Notes under the pieces: generated by a model
Databases searched by the model: none
What the model was told of the DNA's origin: nothing
The model's input: only the letters and a program-made list of their open reading frames with translations
Program-made: the position numbers and the translations under genes
Assembly (NCBI GenBank): GCA_041554075.1
Contig: JBFFMM010000001.1
Span: 816 to 64,815 of the forward strand
Direction of reading: 5' to 3'
Length of the DNA: 64,000 bases
Origin: Draconibacterium sp.
Lineage (GTDB): Bacteria > Bacteroidota > Bacteroidia > Bacteroidales > Prolixibacteraceae
Part shown: positions 8,446-18,777 of the stretch, piece after piece
Layout of the letters: each line of letters starts with the position of its first letter
Position numbering within the stretch: position 1 is the stretch's first letter

Positions 8446-10044
8446 ATGAAAATTAATATCGAGAACTGGAACGTTGAAGATTTAGCATTTTGGAAAAACA
8501 CCGGAAATAAAACCGCAACACGAAATCTTTGGATTTCAATTCCTGCACTTTTGCTGGCATTTTCGGTTTGGATGATGTGGAGCATCATTGCTACAAAAAT
8601 GAAAGCTTTTGGTTTTAATTTTGGCATGATATCATCCGATATGGACGCAGCACAAATTACCGAAAAGCTAAAGGAAATCAATAACCTATATTACACTTTG
8701 CCGGCAATTGCAGGACTTGCAGGAGCCACGCTTCGTATTCCCAATTCCTTTTTAATTTCGTTAAGTGGTGGACGAAATGTAATTTTCCTGACCACTATAT
8801 TATTACTTATTCCGGTTATAGGCGTTGGTTTTGCCTTGCAGAATGTAAATACACCTTACCTTACTTTTGCTTTGTTGGCGGCACTTTCCGGTTTTGGCGG
8901 AGGTAATTTTTCCTCTTCCATGAGTAATATCAGTTTCTTTTTCCCAAAACGTATGCAAGGAACCGCGCTTGGATTAAATGCCGGAATTGGCAACCTGGGT
9001 GTAGGCGTTATGCAAAAAATTATTCCATGGATTATCGGATTTTCGTTTTTTGGCGTTGTGGGTAGCGATGTAAACAATGCTTTTGGTGAACCCTTGTCGG
9101 GGTTTCAAAATGCTGGCTGGATTTGGGTTCCGGTTTTAACGCTGGCATCTGTTGCCGCTTTTTTAGGAATGAACAATGTGATTACCGGAACGCCCAAATT
9201 GCCAACAACTGTGCAGGGAATTGGCAAAACTTCGTACATGATTATTTTAGGCTTGCTTGCTACTTTCATCGGTACTTATCTTTTAATTGGTTTGAAACTG
9301 AATATGTGGATTGTTTTGCCAGTAGTTGTTATTCTTACGCTGGTGTTGATGAAATATGCCACACCGGGCGCTATGAAAGCCAACCTGAACAAACAATTTG
9401 CAATTTTCGGCAACAAACACACCTGGATAATGACCATTATTTATACCATGACTTTTGGTTCATTTATTGGTTTTTCAGCTGCTTTTCCAAAGTTAAGTCA
9501 GGATATTTTTGTGTTTAGCAACCCCAACGACCCCAGCTATCTTAATCCCAACGCCCCCGATTTTTTGATGTGGGTATTTTTGGGACCGGTTATCGGTGCA
9601 CTAATTCGTCCGGTAGGTGGTTGGTTATCGGATAAAATTAATAGTGGTGCAAAAGTTACTGCCATAAGTACTACTTTACAAATTCTGGCAACTGTGGCTG
9701 TAGCTTATTTTGTAATTCAAGCCCGCAATAGCACAACACCCGAAACTTATTGGTGGCCGTTTTTTGCCAGTTTTATGGTGCTGTTTTTAACAACCGGAAT
9801 TGGCAACGGCTCAACTTTCAGAAGTATTCCCTATATTTTTAATAAAGAGCAAGCGGGTCCAGTGTTGGGCTGGACTGCTGCCATTGCAGCGTATGGCGCA
9901 TTTATAATTCCTAAAGTTTTTGGGCAGCAAATTGAAATTGGGCATCCGGAATATGCACTCTACGGTTTTGCAGTTTATTACGCAATTTGCCTTGTTTTAA
10001 ACTGGTGGTATTACCAAAGAAAAAATTCGGGGATTGAGTGTTAA
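8446..10044 (+). CDS. narK: NarK2-type nitrate/nitrite antiporter
   Basis: W.VED..FW, RNLWISIPALLLAF, GGGNFSSSMSNISFFFPK, GIGNGSTF; ATG 8446 preferred over TTG 8416. Confidence 0.9.
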   Translation: MKINIENWNVEDLAFWKNTGNKTATRNLWISIPALLLAFSVWMMWSIIATKMKAFGFNFGMISSDMDAAQITEKLKEINNLYYTLPAIAGLAGATLRIPNSFLISLSGGRNVIFLTTILLLIPVIGVGFALQNVNTPYLTFALLAALSGFGGGNFSSSMSNISFFFPKRMQGTALGLNAGIGNLGVGVMQKIIPWIIGFSFFGVVGSDVNNAFGEPLSGFQNAGWIWVPVLTLASVAAFLGMNNVITGTPKLPTTVQGIGKTSYMIILGLLATFIGTYLLIGLKLNMWIVLPVVVILTLVLMKYATPGAMKANLNKQFAIFGNKHTWIMTIIYTMTFGSFIGFSAAFPKLSQDIFVFSNPNDPSYLNPNAPDFLMWVFLGPVIGALIRPVGGWLSDKINSGAKVTAISTTLQILATVAVAYFVIQARNSTTPETYWWPFFASFMVLFLTTGIGNGSTFRSIPYIFNKEQAGPVLGWTAAIAAYGAFIIPKVFGQQIEIGHPEYALYGFAVYYAICLVLNWWYYQRKNSGIEC

Positions 10045-10053
10045 TTGAAAAAT

Positions 10054-10530
10054 ATGACAGACAAAGAATTCGAAATATTCGTAAAAGAACAAGATTTTAT
10101 TGGGAGTGATTTTTTTGAAGAGTCGTTTAAATTTTGGTTTGAAGACAATGAACACATCCGAACTCCATTTCCTGAAAATATTCAGGAGGACTTGAAAGAA
10201 AAAGCTTTTCGGGTATTTATGGAATGGGTTTATGAATTGAGTGAACCCGAAAAATCGAAATTGGAAAGCGAGGAAATTGTTGAGACTTTTGAAATGATAC
10301 TTTTTAACCAGGCAATGGGATTGGTTGATGACGAAGACCAGAAAATAACTATTTGTTACCCTTTTTTGCCACGATTGGGAGATGTGGTTGACGATAAGGA
10401 AAAAGGCGCCAGCAAAGTGGTTGGGAGAAAAGTTGGTACAAACAAAGACGAGAAAAAGTATTTGAAAGTGAAACTAAAATCGGAAACTGTAAAGCAGGAG
10501 TGGGAAACCGAATTTGAGTTGCCTGCGTAA
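10054..10530 (+). CDS. acidic hypothetical protein inside the nar cluster
   Basis: ORF 9 nt after the second narK, same strand. Confidence 0.65.
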   Translation: MTDKEFEIFVKEQDFIGSDFFEESFKFWFEDNEHIRTPFPENIQEDLKEKAFRVFMEWVYELSEPEKSKLESEEIVETFEMILFNQAMGLVDDEDQKITICYPFLPRLGDVVDDKEKGASKVVGRKVGTNKDEKKYLKVKLKSETVKQEWETEFELPA

Positions 10531-10552
10531 CTTTTAGGTCTGTTTTCAGATA

Positions 10553-10593
10553 TCGACTACGCTCAGTCTGACAGTCACAGTAAGCGAAGTCGA
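10553..10593. repeat. intergenic palindromic (REP-like) element
   Basis: TCGACTACGCT...AGCGAAGTCGA hairpin; related copy at 55647-55680. Confidence 0.55.
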
Positions 10594-10651
10594 ACTGTTG
10601 TTGTGGATAAAGAAATATAACGAGAATGAAAAAAATATCAAGGAATAAAAC

Positions 10652-11545
10652 ATGAATATAAATTTGAAAACAACAATTACAAACAGCAGTTTTGCAATCC
10701 TGGTAATCCTTCTGGTTTTTCTTGTGAATTCAGTTAAAGCTCAGGATGGCGAACAACTATTCCAACAGTGTAAAGCATGCCACACCATTGGGCAGGGCAA
10801 GTTATTGGGACCCGATTTGTTGGACGTTAGTAAAAAGCGCGACGCAGTCTGGCTGAAAAACTTTATAAAATCTTCGCAAACGATGGTAAAAAGTGGTGAT
10901 GCTGATGCCGTTGCTCTTTTTGAAGAATTTAATAAACTTCCGATGATGGATTACAATCTTCCCGATGCTGATATTAATGCCATTATTAAATACATCGATA
11001 GTTTTAGTACTTCAGATGCTGAAGGTGGAGAAACAAACGCTTCTGCATCCGATTCGCTGGCAGCAGTTAAAGCTGCCGAATTTTTGGCAAGTATCGACAC
11101 CGATGAGAATCGAATAAAAGGGAAGGAACTTTTTCATGGTGAAAGAAAATTTAAAAATGGTGGTGCCTCGTGTGTTTCCTGTCACCATGTAAATACAAAA
11201 GATGCCGTTCAGGGTGGTTTGCTGGCAGCCGATTTAACCAAAAGTTTTTCACGAAACGGTGGATTTCCAGGTATTAAAGGAATCATCGAATTTCCACCTT
11301 TCCCGGCAATGAAAGATGCTTATCAACACGCTGCTTTAACCGAAGACGAAAGCATTAAATTACAGGTGTTTTTAATGCATGCCGATGAAGAAAATGTGGT
11401 TTCTGAAACTTCAATTGCTGATTTTATAAAACACGGAATTATTGGAATGGTAATATTGCTGGTGTTAATTTCGGTAGTTTGGTTTAAACGCAAAAAACGT
11501 AGTGTTAATTACGAAATAATAAAACGGCAGAGAAGGTTTAACTAA
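10652..11545 (+). CDS. membrane-anchored diheme c-type cytochrome (NarC-like)
   Basis: Signal peptide, CKACH and CVSCH heme motifs, GPDL, C-terminal TM followed by KRKKR; directly upstream of narG. Confidence 0.85.
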   Translation: MNINLKTTITNSSFAILVILLVFLVNSVKAQDGEQLFQQCKACHTIGQGKLLGPDLLDVSKKRDAVWLKNFIKSSQTMVKSGDADAVALFEEFNKLPMMDYNLPDADINAIIKYIDSFSTSDAEGGETNASASDSLAAVKAAEFLASIDTDENRIKGKELFHGERKFKNGGASCVSCHHVNTKDAVQGGLLAADLTKSFSRNGGFPGIKGIIEFPPFPAMKDAYQHAALTEDESIKLQVFLMHADEENVVSETSIADFIKHGIIGMVILLVLISVVWFKRKKRSVNYEIIKRQRRFN

Positions 11546-11546
11546 A

Positions 11547-11608
11547 GCCCCTCTCAATCTCCCCAAAGGGGAGAGGTTTTCCCCCTTTGGGGGAATTTAA
11601 AGGGGGTC
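11547..11608. repeat. GC-rich double-hairpin REP-like element
   Basis: CTCCCC-AAA-GGGGAG and TTCCCCC-TTT-GGGGGAA nested inside CCCCT...AGGGGG. Confidence 0.55.
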
Positions 11609-11687
11609 ACAGAATATAGCAGATGAGAAATCATCAATAATAGAAAATAACACAAAAGGATGACTAATTTTCGGGCAGCACGGACAA

Positions 11688-11719
11688 ACTTCGGTCTTCC
11701 GACTTCAGTCTTCCAACTT
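11688..11719. repeat. heptamer tandem repeat (WCTTCNN)n
   Basis: ACTTCGG TCTTCCG ACTTCAG TCTTCCA; same family at 39122-39156. Confidence 0.6.
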
Positions 11720-11746
11720 TTTTAACAAGTCGCAAAATATAATCGT

Positions 11747-14700
11747 ATGAGTTGGATAAAAGATTTAATTTCTCCCAAAACAAGAAAGTGGGAAGATTTC
11801 TATCGGAACAGATGGCAATTCGATAAAGTTGTCAGAAGTACTCATGGAGCAAACTGTACCGGAGGCTGTAGTTGGATGATTCACATAAAGAATGGTGTGG
11901 TGGTTTGGGAAACGCAAGCACTCGATTATCCAATTATCGATAAAAATTTGCCTCCCTACGAACCGCGTGGTTGTCAGCGTGGAATCTCAGCATCGTGGTA
12001 TTTATACAGCCCCATTCGGGTAAAATATCCCTTGGTACGTGGTGCTTTGCTCGATATGTTTCGGGAAGAAAAAAACCGACACGGCGATGCAATGACTGCG
12101 TGGAAAAATATTCAAACCGACCCCGAAAAAAGGAAGCGGTATTTGAATGCACGAGGAAAAGGTGGATTTAGAAGGGTTACCTGGGACGAAGCTTTGGAAC
12201 TGATTTCAATTGCCAATATTTCAACCGTAAAAAAATATGGTCCCGACCGTTTGGTGGGATTTTCTCCAATTCCGGCAATGTCGATGCTTTCCTACGCAGG
12301 CGGTTCCCGGTTTTTACAATTAATGGGTGGTGTCAACTTAAGTTTCTACGATTGGTATTGCGATTTACCACCTTCGTTTCCTGAAACCTGGGGAGAACAA
12401 ACCGATGTTGCTGAAAGTGCCGACTGGTATAATTCGAAATTTATTGCGGCAGTTGGCTCAAACGTGGCACAAACACGAACTCCCGATGTACATTATTTTG
12501 CCGAAGCTCGTCACAACGGAACTAAAACCGTAGTTTTTTCACCCGATTTAAATGCTTCGGGGAAGTATGCCGACGAGTGGATTCCAATTCATGGCGGACA
12601 GGATGGTGCTTTTTGGATGGCAGTTACACATATTATTTTAAAGGAATATCATCACGAAAAGCAAATTCCTTATTTTATTGATTACGTAAAACGTTATACC
12701 GACAGTCCGTTTTTGGTTCAACTGAATAAAGAAGATGGAGTTTACAAGCCAGGAAAATTGTTACGTGCGAACAAAATCAGCAAATACAAAGACGCTGAAA
12801 ATGGCGATTGGAAATTCCTGAATATCGATAAAGATACAGGCGAATTTGTTTGTCCGGGCGGAAGTTCAGGTCACCGTTGGGACGACCGCGATGGAAACTG
12901 GAACATGAAATATGTGGATGCCGAGATTGGTGGTGACTACGACCCGCTATTGACTTTATTAGATAAAAGCGACGACACTTTACAGGTTGAGTTCACCGAG
13001 TTTGGTCTCGATAAAAAACGATTGCGTGGCGTTCCTGTAAAAAAAATAAAAACCGTTGATGGGTCAGTAATCGTAACAACCGTTTACGACTTAATAATGG
13101 CGCAATATGGTGTAAGTCGCGGATTGGAAGGCGATTACCCAAAGTCGTACGACGAAACCGACCAGGCTTACACACCTGCCTGGCAGGAAATATTTACTGG
13201 AATTGCAGCTAAAAATGTAATCAAGTTTACCCACGAGTGGTCGATTACCGCTGAAAAAACCAATGGTAAATGTATGATTATTATTGGCGCCGGAGTAAAT
13301 CACTGGTACCACTGTAATTTGATATACAAAGCGGGTACAATGGCGTTGATGTTAACGGGTTGTATTGGTAAAAATGGCGGCGGATTAAATCATTATGTAG
13401 GTCAGGAAAAAGCAGCAGTTGTAGATTCCTGGGGGCTGATTATGTCGGGAAAAGACTGGCAGGGTCCTACTCGTTTGCAGCAAGGTCCAATCTGGCATTA
13501 CATGAATTCCGACCAGTGGCGTTACGATGGACACCACAAACATTACAATACCGTTCCTAAAAATGAATTGAGTGGTTTACACACCGCCGACATGATTGTG
13601 AAATCGGTACGAAACGGTTGGATGCCTTTTTATCCGCAATACAATAAACCCAATTTCGAAATTGTTAGCGATGCCCGAAATGCCGGTGCGAAATCGGATG
13701 ACGAAATTCGGAATTACTTATTGGAACAATTAAAAGAAGAGGAAATTGTGCACTCGGTTGCGCAACCCGATGAAGAAATAAATTTCCCAAGAGTTTGGTA
13801 CATCTGGCGAGGAAATGCATTGATGTCGAGTGCAAAAGGCGAAGAGTTTTTCAAAAAGCACTATTTGGGAACACACCATAATTCGGTTGCCAGCGAATTG
13901 GCAAAAGGTCTGGTTGACGATGTGGAGTGGAAAGAAGAAGCACCGCGTGGAAAAATGGATTTAATTATCGACCTGAATTTCAGGATGGATACTTCGGCGC
14001 TCTACTCCGATATTGTTTTGCCGGCTGCGTCGTGGTACGAAAAGTCGGATATAAATTCTACCGACATGCACTCTTTTATTCACCCGCTAACCGCTGCTGT
14101 GCCTCCGGTTTGGGAAGCCAAAAGCGACTGGGCTATTTTCAGGGAGATTGCAAAAGTAACTTCCGAGGTGGCAAAAACACACTTCCCGCATACCATGAAA
14201 GATATTGTAAATCTTTCGCTGATGCACGATTCGAAAGCTGAAATTGCACAGACTGATGTAAAAGACTGGAGTAAGGGCGAATGTGAAATGATTCCGGGAA
14301 AAACCATGCACAACATTGCCTTTGTTGACCGCGATTACACAGAAATTTATAACAAGTTTATTACGCTCGGCAGAAATACAAAAAACGGTCTGGGTGCACA
14401 CGGAAATAGTTATGAAACAGCTGACTTTTACGATAAATTATTGGAGGACAAAAGTCATCTTCAAAAAATAAAAGGTGAAGTTTATCCGTCGTTGAAAGAA
14501 GATGAGGAGGCGATAAATGCAATTCTGCACCTTTCGTCGGTTACCAATGGCGAATTGGCGCACCGGGCATATAAAAATGCGGAGAAAAGAACAGGTATGA
14601 AATTGACTGATATTTCAGCTGATTTCAGAAATGTAAAACTCGATTTTAATGATTTGCAGAGTAAACCACAGCGATATATTAGTTCGCCGGTTTGGTCGGG

Positions 14701-15361
14701 AATTATGGCAAATGAACGAGCTTACGCAGGATTTACTTACAATATTGAGCGATTGGTTCCGTGGAGAACGCTAACCGGAAGGCAGCATTTTTATCTCGAC
14801 CACGAACTGTACATTAAATATGGCGAGAATTTGCCAACCTACAAACCATCGCCAAAACCAAATGTATTGGGCGATTTGGAAAATTCGGTAGCAACCGGAA
14901 AAGCAAAAGTTTTAAATGTGTTAACGCCACACGGGAAATGGCAAATGCACACCACTTACAGTGACACAGCACGAATGCTTACACTTTCACGAGGAATGGT
15001 TCCGTGCTGGATGAGTGAGGAAGATGCCGAGGAAATTGGCGTAAAAGACAACGACTGGGTAGAAGTCTTTAACGATTACGGTGTTTATGGTGCGCGAGCA
15101 GTTGTAAGTGCGCGAATTCCTAAGGGAATCTGTATTGTTTATCACGCTACCGAAAGTACGTACTCTTCGCCAAAACCGGAGGTGCGTGGTTACGAAAGGG
15201 GAGGCGGGCACAACAGTTTTACACGCGTTCGCTTAAAACCAAATTTACTGGCAGGTGGTTACGGACAATTCACCTACCATTTTAATTATTGGGGACCGGT
15301 TGGAGTGAATCGTGATTCACACGTTTTGGTGCAAAAAATGAAAAGAGTGGAACTGGGCTAA
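11747..15361 (+). CDS. narG: respiratory nitrate reductase alpha subunit
   Basis: [48 protein letters not shown]; no Tat signal. Confidence 0.97.
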   Translation: MSWIKDLISPKTRKWEDFYRNRWQFDKVVRSTHGANCTGGCSWMIHIKNGVVVWETQALDYPIIDKNLPPYEPRGCQRGISASWYLYSPIRVKYPLVRGALLDMFREEKNRHGDAMTAWKNIQTDPEKRKRYLNARGKGGFRRVTWDEALELISIANISTVKKYGPDRLVGFSPIPAMSMLSYAGGSRFLQLMGGVNLSFYDWYCDLPPSFPETWGEQTDVAESADWYNSKFIAAVGSNVAQTRTPDVHYFAEARHNGTKTVVFSPDLNASGKYADEWIPIHGGQDGAFWMAVTHIILKEYHHEKQIPYFIDYVKRYTDSPFLVQLNKEDGVYKPGKLLRANKISKYKDAENGDWKFLNIDKDTGEFVCPGGSSGHRWDDRDGNWNMKYVDAEIGGDYDPLLTLLDKSDDTLQVEFTEFGLDKKRLRGVPVKKIKTVDGSVIVTTVYDLIMAQYGVSRGLEGDYPKSYDETDQAYTPAWQEIFTGIAAKNVIKFTHEWSITAEKTNGKCMIIIGAGVNHWYHCNLIYKAGTMALMLTGCIGKNGGGLNHYVGQEKAAVVDSWGLIMSGKDWQGPTRLQQGPIWHYMNSDQWRYDGHHKHYNTVPKNELSGLHTADMIVKSVRNGWMPFYPQYNKPNFEIVSDARNAGAKSDDEIRNYLLEQLKEEEIVHSVAQPDEEINFPRVWYIWRGNALMSSAKGEEFFKKHYLGTHHNSVASELAKGLVDDVEWKEEAPRGKMDLIIDLNFRMDTSALYSDIVLPAASWYEKSDINSTDMHSFIHPLTAAVPPVWEAKSDWAIFREIAKVTSEVAKTHFPHTMKDIVNLSLMHDSKAEIAQTDVKDWSKGECEMIPGKTMHNIAFVDRDYTEIYNKFITLGRNTKNGLGAHGNSYETADFYDKLLEDKSHLQKIKGEVYPSLKEDEEAINAILHLSSVTNGELAHRAYKNAEKRTGMKLTDISADFRNVKLDFNDLQSKPQRYISSPVWSGIMANERAYAGFTYNIERLVPWRTLTGRQHFYLDHELYIKYGENLPTYKPSPKPNVLGDLENSVATGKAKVLNVLTPHGKWQMHTTYSDTARMLTLSRGMVPCWMSEEDAEEIGVKDNDWVEVFNDYGVYGARAVVSARIPKGICIVYHATESTYSSPKPEVRGYERGGGHNSFTRVRLKPNLLAGGYGQFTYHFNYWGPVGVNRDSHVLVQKMKRVELG

Positions 15362-15388
15362 GAATTTCAAAAGATTAAAAAAAACAAA

Positions 15389-16879
15389 ATGGATGTAAGA
15401 AGTCAAATATCAATGGTCTTTCACCTCGACAAATGTATCGGGTGCCATACTTGTTCAATTGCATGTAAAAATACCTGGACCGACCGAAAAGGTGCCGAAT
15501 ACATGTGGTGGAACAATGTGGAAACAAAGCCGGGAACAGGTTATCCAACAAAATGGGAAGACCAGGAGATTTATAAAGGTGGTTGGGAGAAGAAAGAACA
15601 CTTTTTGAATTTGAAGGGAGCCGGTAAATTTAAGGGAATAAAAAATATATTCCATAACCCGAACATGCCCGAAATGGATGATTACTACGAACCATGGACT
15701 TACGAATACAGTAATCTTTTTGATGCTCCGGAAGGAAACGACCAACCCACAGCACGCCCTATTTCTTTGCTAACCGGCGAGCCAATGGATGTAAAAGGTG
15801 GACCAAACTGGGATGACGATTTAAGTGGCACCCCTGATTATGCACGAAAAGATGTAAACATGAAAAATGTTTCGCGTGCCGAACAGGAAGCCATGTTTCA
15901 GTTGGAGCAAATGACCATGCATTATTTACCTCGTATTTGTAATCATTGTTTGAACCCGGCGTGTGTGGCGGCTTGCCCGTCGGGGGCAATTTACAAACGT
16001 GGCGAAGATGGTATTGTTTTGGTGAACCAGGACAAATGCCGCGGATGGCGAATGTGTGTAACTGCTTGTCCGTACAAAAAAACATATTACAACTGGAATA
16101 CCGGAAAATCGGAAAAATGTATTCTTTGTTTTCCGCGTATGGAAACCGGGCAAGTACCGGCTTGCATGCATACTTGCGTGGGGCGAATCAGGTATTTGGG
16201 TGTTTTGCTGTACGATGCCGATTTAATTAAAAACGTTGCTATTTCCGATGAGGCGGATTTGGTTTCCAATCAAATGGAAATCTATCTCGACCCCAATGAC
16301 CCGAAAATTATAAAAGCTGCCAAAGCCAATGGAATTTCTGATGATACCTTGGAAGCTGCACAAAAATCACCGGTGTATAAATTTGTAAAAGAATGGGGGC
16401 TTGCATTGCCACTTCACCCTGAATTCAGAACGGTTCCTAACCTATTTTATGTTCCACCGCTACTTCCTACAATGGGGAAAATAGAGGATGGCAATTACCA
16501 TAATTCTGCTGAAGAACTTTTTGGTGGAATTGAAAATACAAGGTTGCCGATTTCGTACATGGCAAGTTTATTTTCAGCAGGAAACGAGGAAACCATTAAA
16601 ACGGTGCTAAAAAAATTAATGGCGGTGCGCTGGTTCCGCCGCGAAGAAACAGTTGGCGACCAAAGCAAAGAAAAGTTGGTGGAAATTTTAAAAGAGGTTG
16701 GCGTTAGCCGCGAAGTTGCCGACGACATTTATCGTTTAACATCGTTGCCAACTGTAAAAGAACGTTATGTAATTCCACCGGCTCACCGCGAAGAAGCGTT
16801 GGAAATGATTGAAGATTCGGGTGATGTAAAAGGAAATACTGGCTTTGGATTTCATCATAAACCAGAAAGAGGATTGTAA
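15389..16879 (+). CDS. narH: nitrate reductase beta subunit
   Basis: LDKCIGCHTCSIACK, YLPRICNHCLNPACVAACP, KCRGWRMC, EKCILCFPR. Confidence 0.97.
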   Translation: MDVRSQISMVFHLDKCIGCHTCSIACKNTWTDRKGAEYMWWNNVETKPGTGYPTKWEDQEIYKGGWEKKEHFLNLKGAGKFKGIKNIFHNPNMPEMDDYYEPWTYEYSNLFDAPEGNDQPTARPISLLTGEPMDVKGGPNWDDDLSGTPDYARKDVNMKNVSRAEQEAMFQLEQMTMHYLPRICNHCLNPACVAACPSGAIYKRGEDGIVLVNQDKCRGWRMCVTACPYKKTYYNWNTGKSEKCILCFPRMETGQVPACMHTCVGRIRYLGVLLYDADLIKNVAISDEADLVSNQMEIYLDPNDPKIIKAAKANGISDDTLEAAQKSPVYKFVKEWGLALPLHPEFRTVPNLFYVPPLLPTMGKIEDGNYHNSAEELFGGIENTRLPISYMASLFSAGNEETIKTVLKKLMAVRWFRREETVGDQSKEKLVEILKEVGVSREVADDIYRLTSLPTVKERYVIPPAHREEALEMIEDSGDVKGNTGFGFHHKPERGL

Positions 16880-17503
16880 ATGAAGATTTATAAATATATC
16901 GCCGATTTGTTTCGTTATCCCACAGCTGAAACTTTAAAAAGTATTCAGCGTGTATCGGAAATTCTGGCTGAAAAAGAGGTAGTGCTGGCTGCTAAATTTG
17001 TGCCTTTTATTGAATTTCATAGCAATAAAGAAATTACCAGTTTAGAAGAACATTACATTAAAACTTTTGATGTTCAGGCAACTTGTCATTTAGATATTGG
17101 CTACATTATTTTTGGCGACGATTCGAAAAGAGGGCGGTTTTTATACCATGTAAAAGAAGAGCAGGAAAAAATTGATAACGATTGTGGAAGCGACCTTGCC
17201 GATTTTCTGCCAAACATGTTAACGCTGATTTCAAAAACCGCGGACAAGGATTTAGCAGAAGAATTATCGGTAAGTATTCTTTTGCCGGCACTTCTTAAAA
17301 TGAATCAGAAATTAGAGAGCGAGAATAGCATTTTTAATATTCCGATTGAAATTCTGATTGCACTGCTTGAGATGGATTTTAATAACTCGGAATACGAAGC
17401 GGTTAAAATTGGGTCGAAGGAAAAACCAGATTTCCTGAACCATTATATTACCGGCATCGACAAATCATTATTCGAACGGAAAAAATTTAAAGGAAAGAAA
17501 TAA
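16880..17503 (+). CDS. narJ: nitrate reductase maturation chaperone
   Basis: LFRYP, Y..TFD, GDDSKRG, DLADFLP; lies between narH and narI. Confidence 0.85.
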   Translation: MKIYKYIADLFRYPTAETLKSIQRVSEILAEKEVVLAAKFVPFIEFHSNKEITSLEEHYIKTFDVQATCHLDIGYIIFGDDSKRGRFLYHVKEEQEKIDNDCGSDLADFLPNMLTLISKTADKDLAEELSVSILLPALLKMNQKLESENSIFNIPIEILIALLEMDFNNSEYEAVKIGSKEKPDFLNHYITGIDKSLFERKKFKGKK

Positions 17504-18225
17504 TGTATAATAATTTCATTTTTATAGGATTGCCCTACGCGGCATTGTTGATATTTTTAGTGGGTTCAATTTTTCGCTATCGAAGTCAACCCTTTTCGGT
17601 GTCGTCGCTTTCGTCACAAATTCTCGAAAGCCGCATTTTGTATTGGGGAAGTCACGCTTTTCATATCGGAATTGTCGCCCTGTTTTTCGGGCATTTAATC
17701 GGGTTCCTGTTTCCAAAAGCAGTCATTTCGTTTACGGGGCAACCCACTCGTTTGTTAATAATTGAAATATCGGCATTTGCTTTTGGTCTGCTTTCATTAT
17801 TTGGAATAGCCACATTAATTTACCGCAGAATTGCAGTAGCCAAATTAAAAACGGTTACCTCAAAAATGGATATGGTGGTTTATGCATTAATTCTTATTCA
17901 GGTTCTTTCGGGTTTGTGGATTGCCTATTTCGACCGCTGGGGTTCGGCTTGGTTTGCTATTTCCTTGGCGCCTTACTTAAAATCGGTATTCTTATTCACC
18001 CCAAATTACGAAGCTGTGGCTGCTATGCCGCTGAGTATTAAACTGCATGTTGCAAGTGCATTTGTGTTTATTGCAATGGTTCCGTTCACCCGTTTAATGC
18101 ACTTTCTGGTATTTCCGTTTGTGTATATCACCCGTGCCTACCAATATGTAATTTGGAACTGGGACAGAAAGAAAAGAAGGAGTTCAACTAAATTTAATGA
18201 GGGGGTTAAGGCGAAGAACAATTGA
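17503..18225 (+). CDS. narI: nitrate reductase gamma subunit (cytochrome b)
   Basis: SSLSSQ.LE, FHIGI..LFFGH, KLH, PFTRLMH; five TM helices. Confidence 0.95.
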   Translation: MYNNFIFIGLPYAALLIFLVGSIFRYRSQPFSVSSLSSQILESRILYWGSHAFHIGIVALFFGHLIGFLFPKAVISFTGQPTRLLIIEISAFAFGLLSLFGIATLIYRRIAVAKLKTVTSKMDMVVYALILIQVLSGLWIAYFDRWGSAWFAISLAPYLKSVFLFTPNYEAVAAMPLSIKLHVASAFVFIAMVPFTRLMHFLVFPFVYITRAYQYVIWNWDRKKRRSSTKFNEGVKAKNN

Positions 18226-18231
18226 GATTAC

Positions 18232-18318
18232 TTATTTCATTTTGAAATACACAAAAGAAATCTCATCCTTTTCTTAGTTCACCCAATGTTCAAATCCAAA
18301 GATGGTAGCTTTGGTAAT
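18232..18318 (-). pseudogene. short orphan 3' tail of the DUF1858 gene
   Basis: Reads KATIFGFEHWVN*EKDEISFVYFKMK* versus KATSLDFKHWVSQKNDEEFWVYFKQK* of 55090..55614; one internal stop. Confidence 0.75.
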
Positions 18319-18377
18319 GTAGTGGCAATTGCATTGATTAATTGCACTAATTTTTCTGTTATTTTGCAACACAAAGT

Positions 18378-18755
18378 TCAAAATACTTTCTCAATTTTTA
18401 ACAATTCTATTATACGGTTTTGTTTTGTACTCCAGTCGGCGGGGTACAGTTCATTAAGTATTTTCTCAAAAAGCGTTTGATTATTGTATATTTCGGTATA
18501 AAGAAACCACTTCACTTTCAAATTTTCTTCTCGTAAATTTTCATCCATCAAATCAGCCGATTCTATATACAAAATAATTTTTCTCAGAATTTCTTTATAT
18601 AACTTTTCTTTTGTCCTGAAATAATAATGAATAACCGATTTATTGACTTTGGCGATTTCAGCAATTTGTTGAAGTTTAGTGCCATGAAAACCAAAGCGAA
18701 GGAAAGTTGACTGGGCGGCTTTAAGTATTCTTTGTTCTGTCGTAATAATATCCAT
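18378..18755 (-). CDS. short TetR/AcrR-family regulator
   Basis: ILKAA..F...GFHGT...IAEIAKVNKSVIHYYFRTKEKLY. Confidence 0.85.
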   Translation of the reverse strand: MDIITTEQRILKAAQSTFLRFGFHGTKLQQIAEIAKVNKSVIHYYFRTKEKLYKEILRKIILYIESADLMDENLREENLKVKWFLYTEIYNNQTLFEKILNELYPADWSTKQNRIIELLKIEKVF

Positions 18756-18777
18756 TTTAGTTGAGTTTTTTACATTT

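Noticed and set aside
11747-15361. Periplasmic Nar/Nxr or perchlorate reductase
   Set aside because: No twin-arginine signal, and narJ/narI plus two NarK transporters indicate cytoplasm-facing Nar
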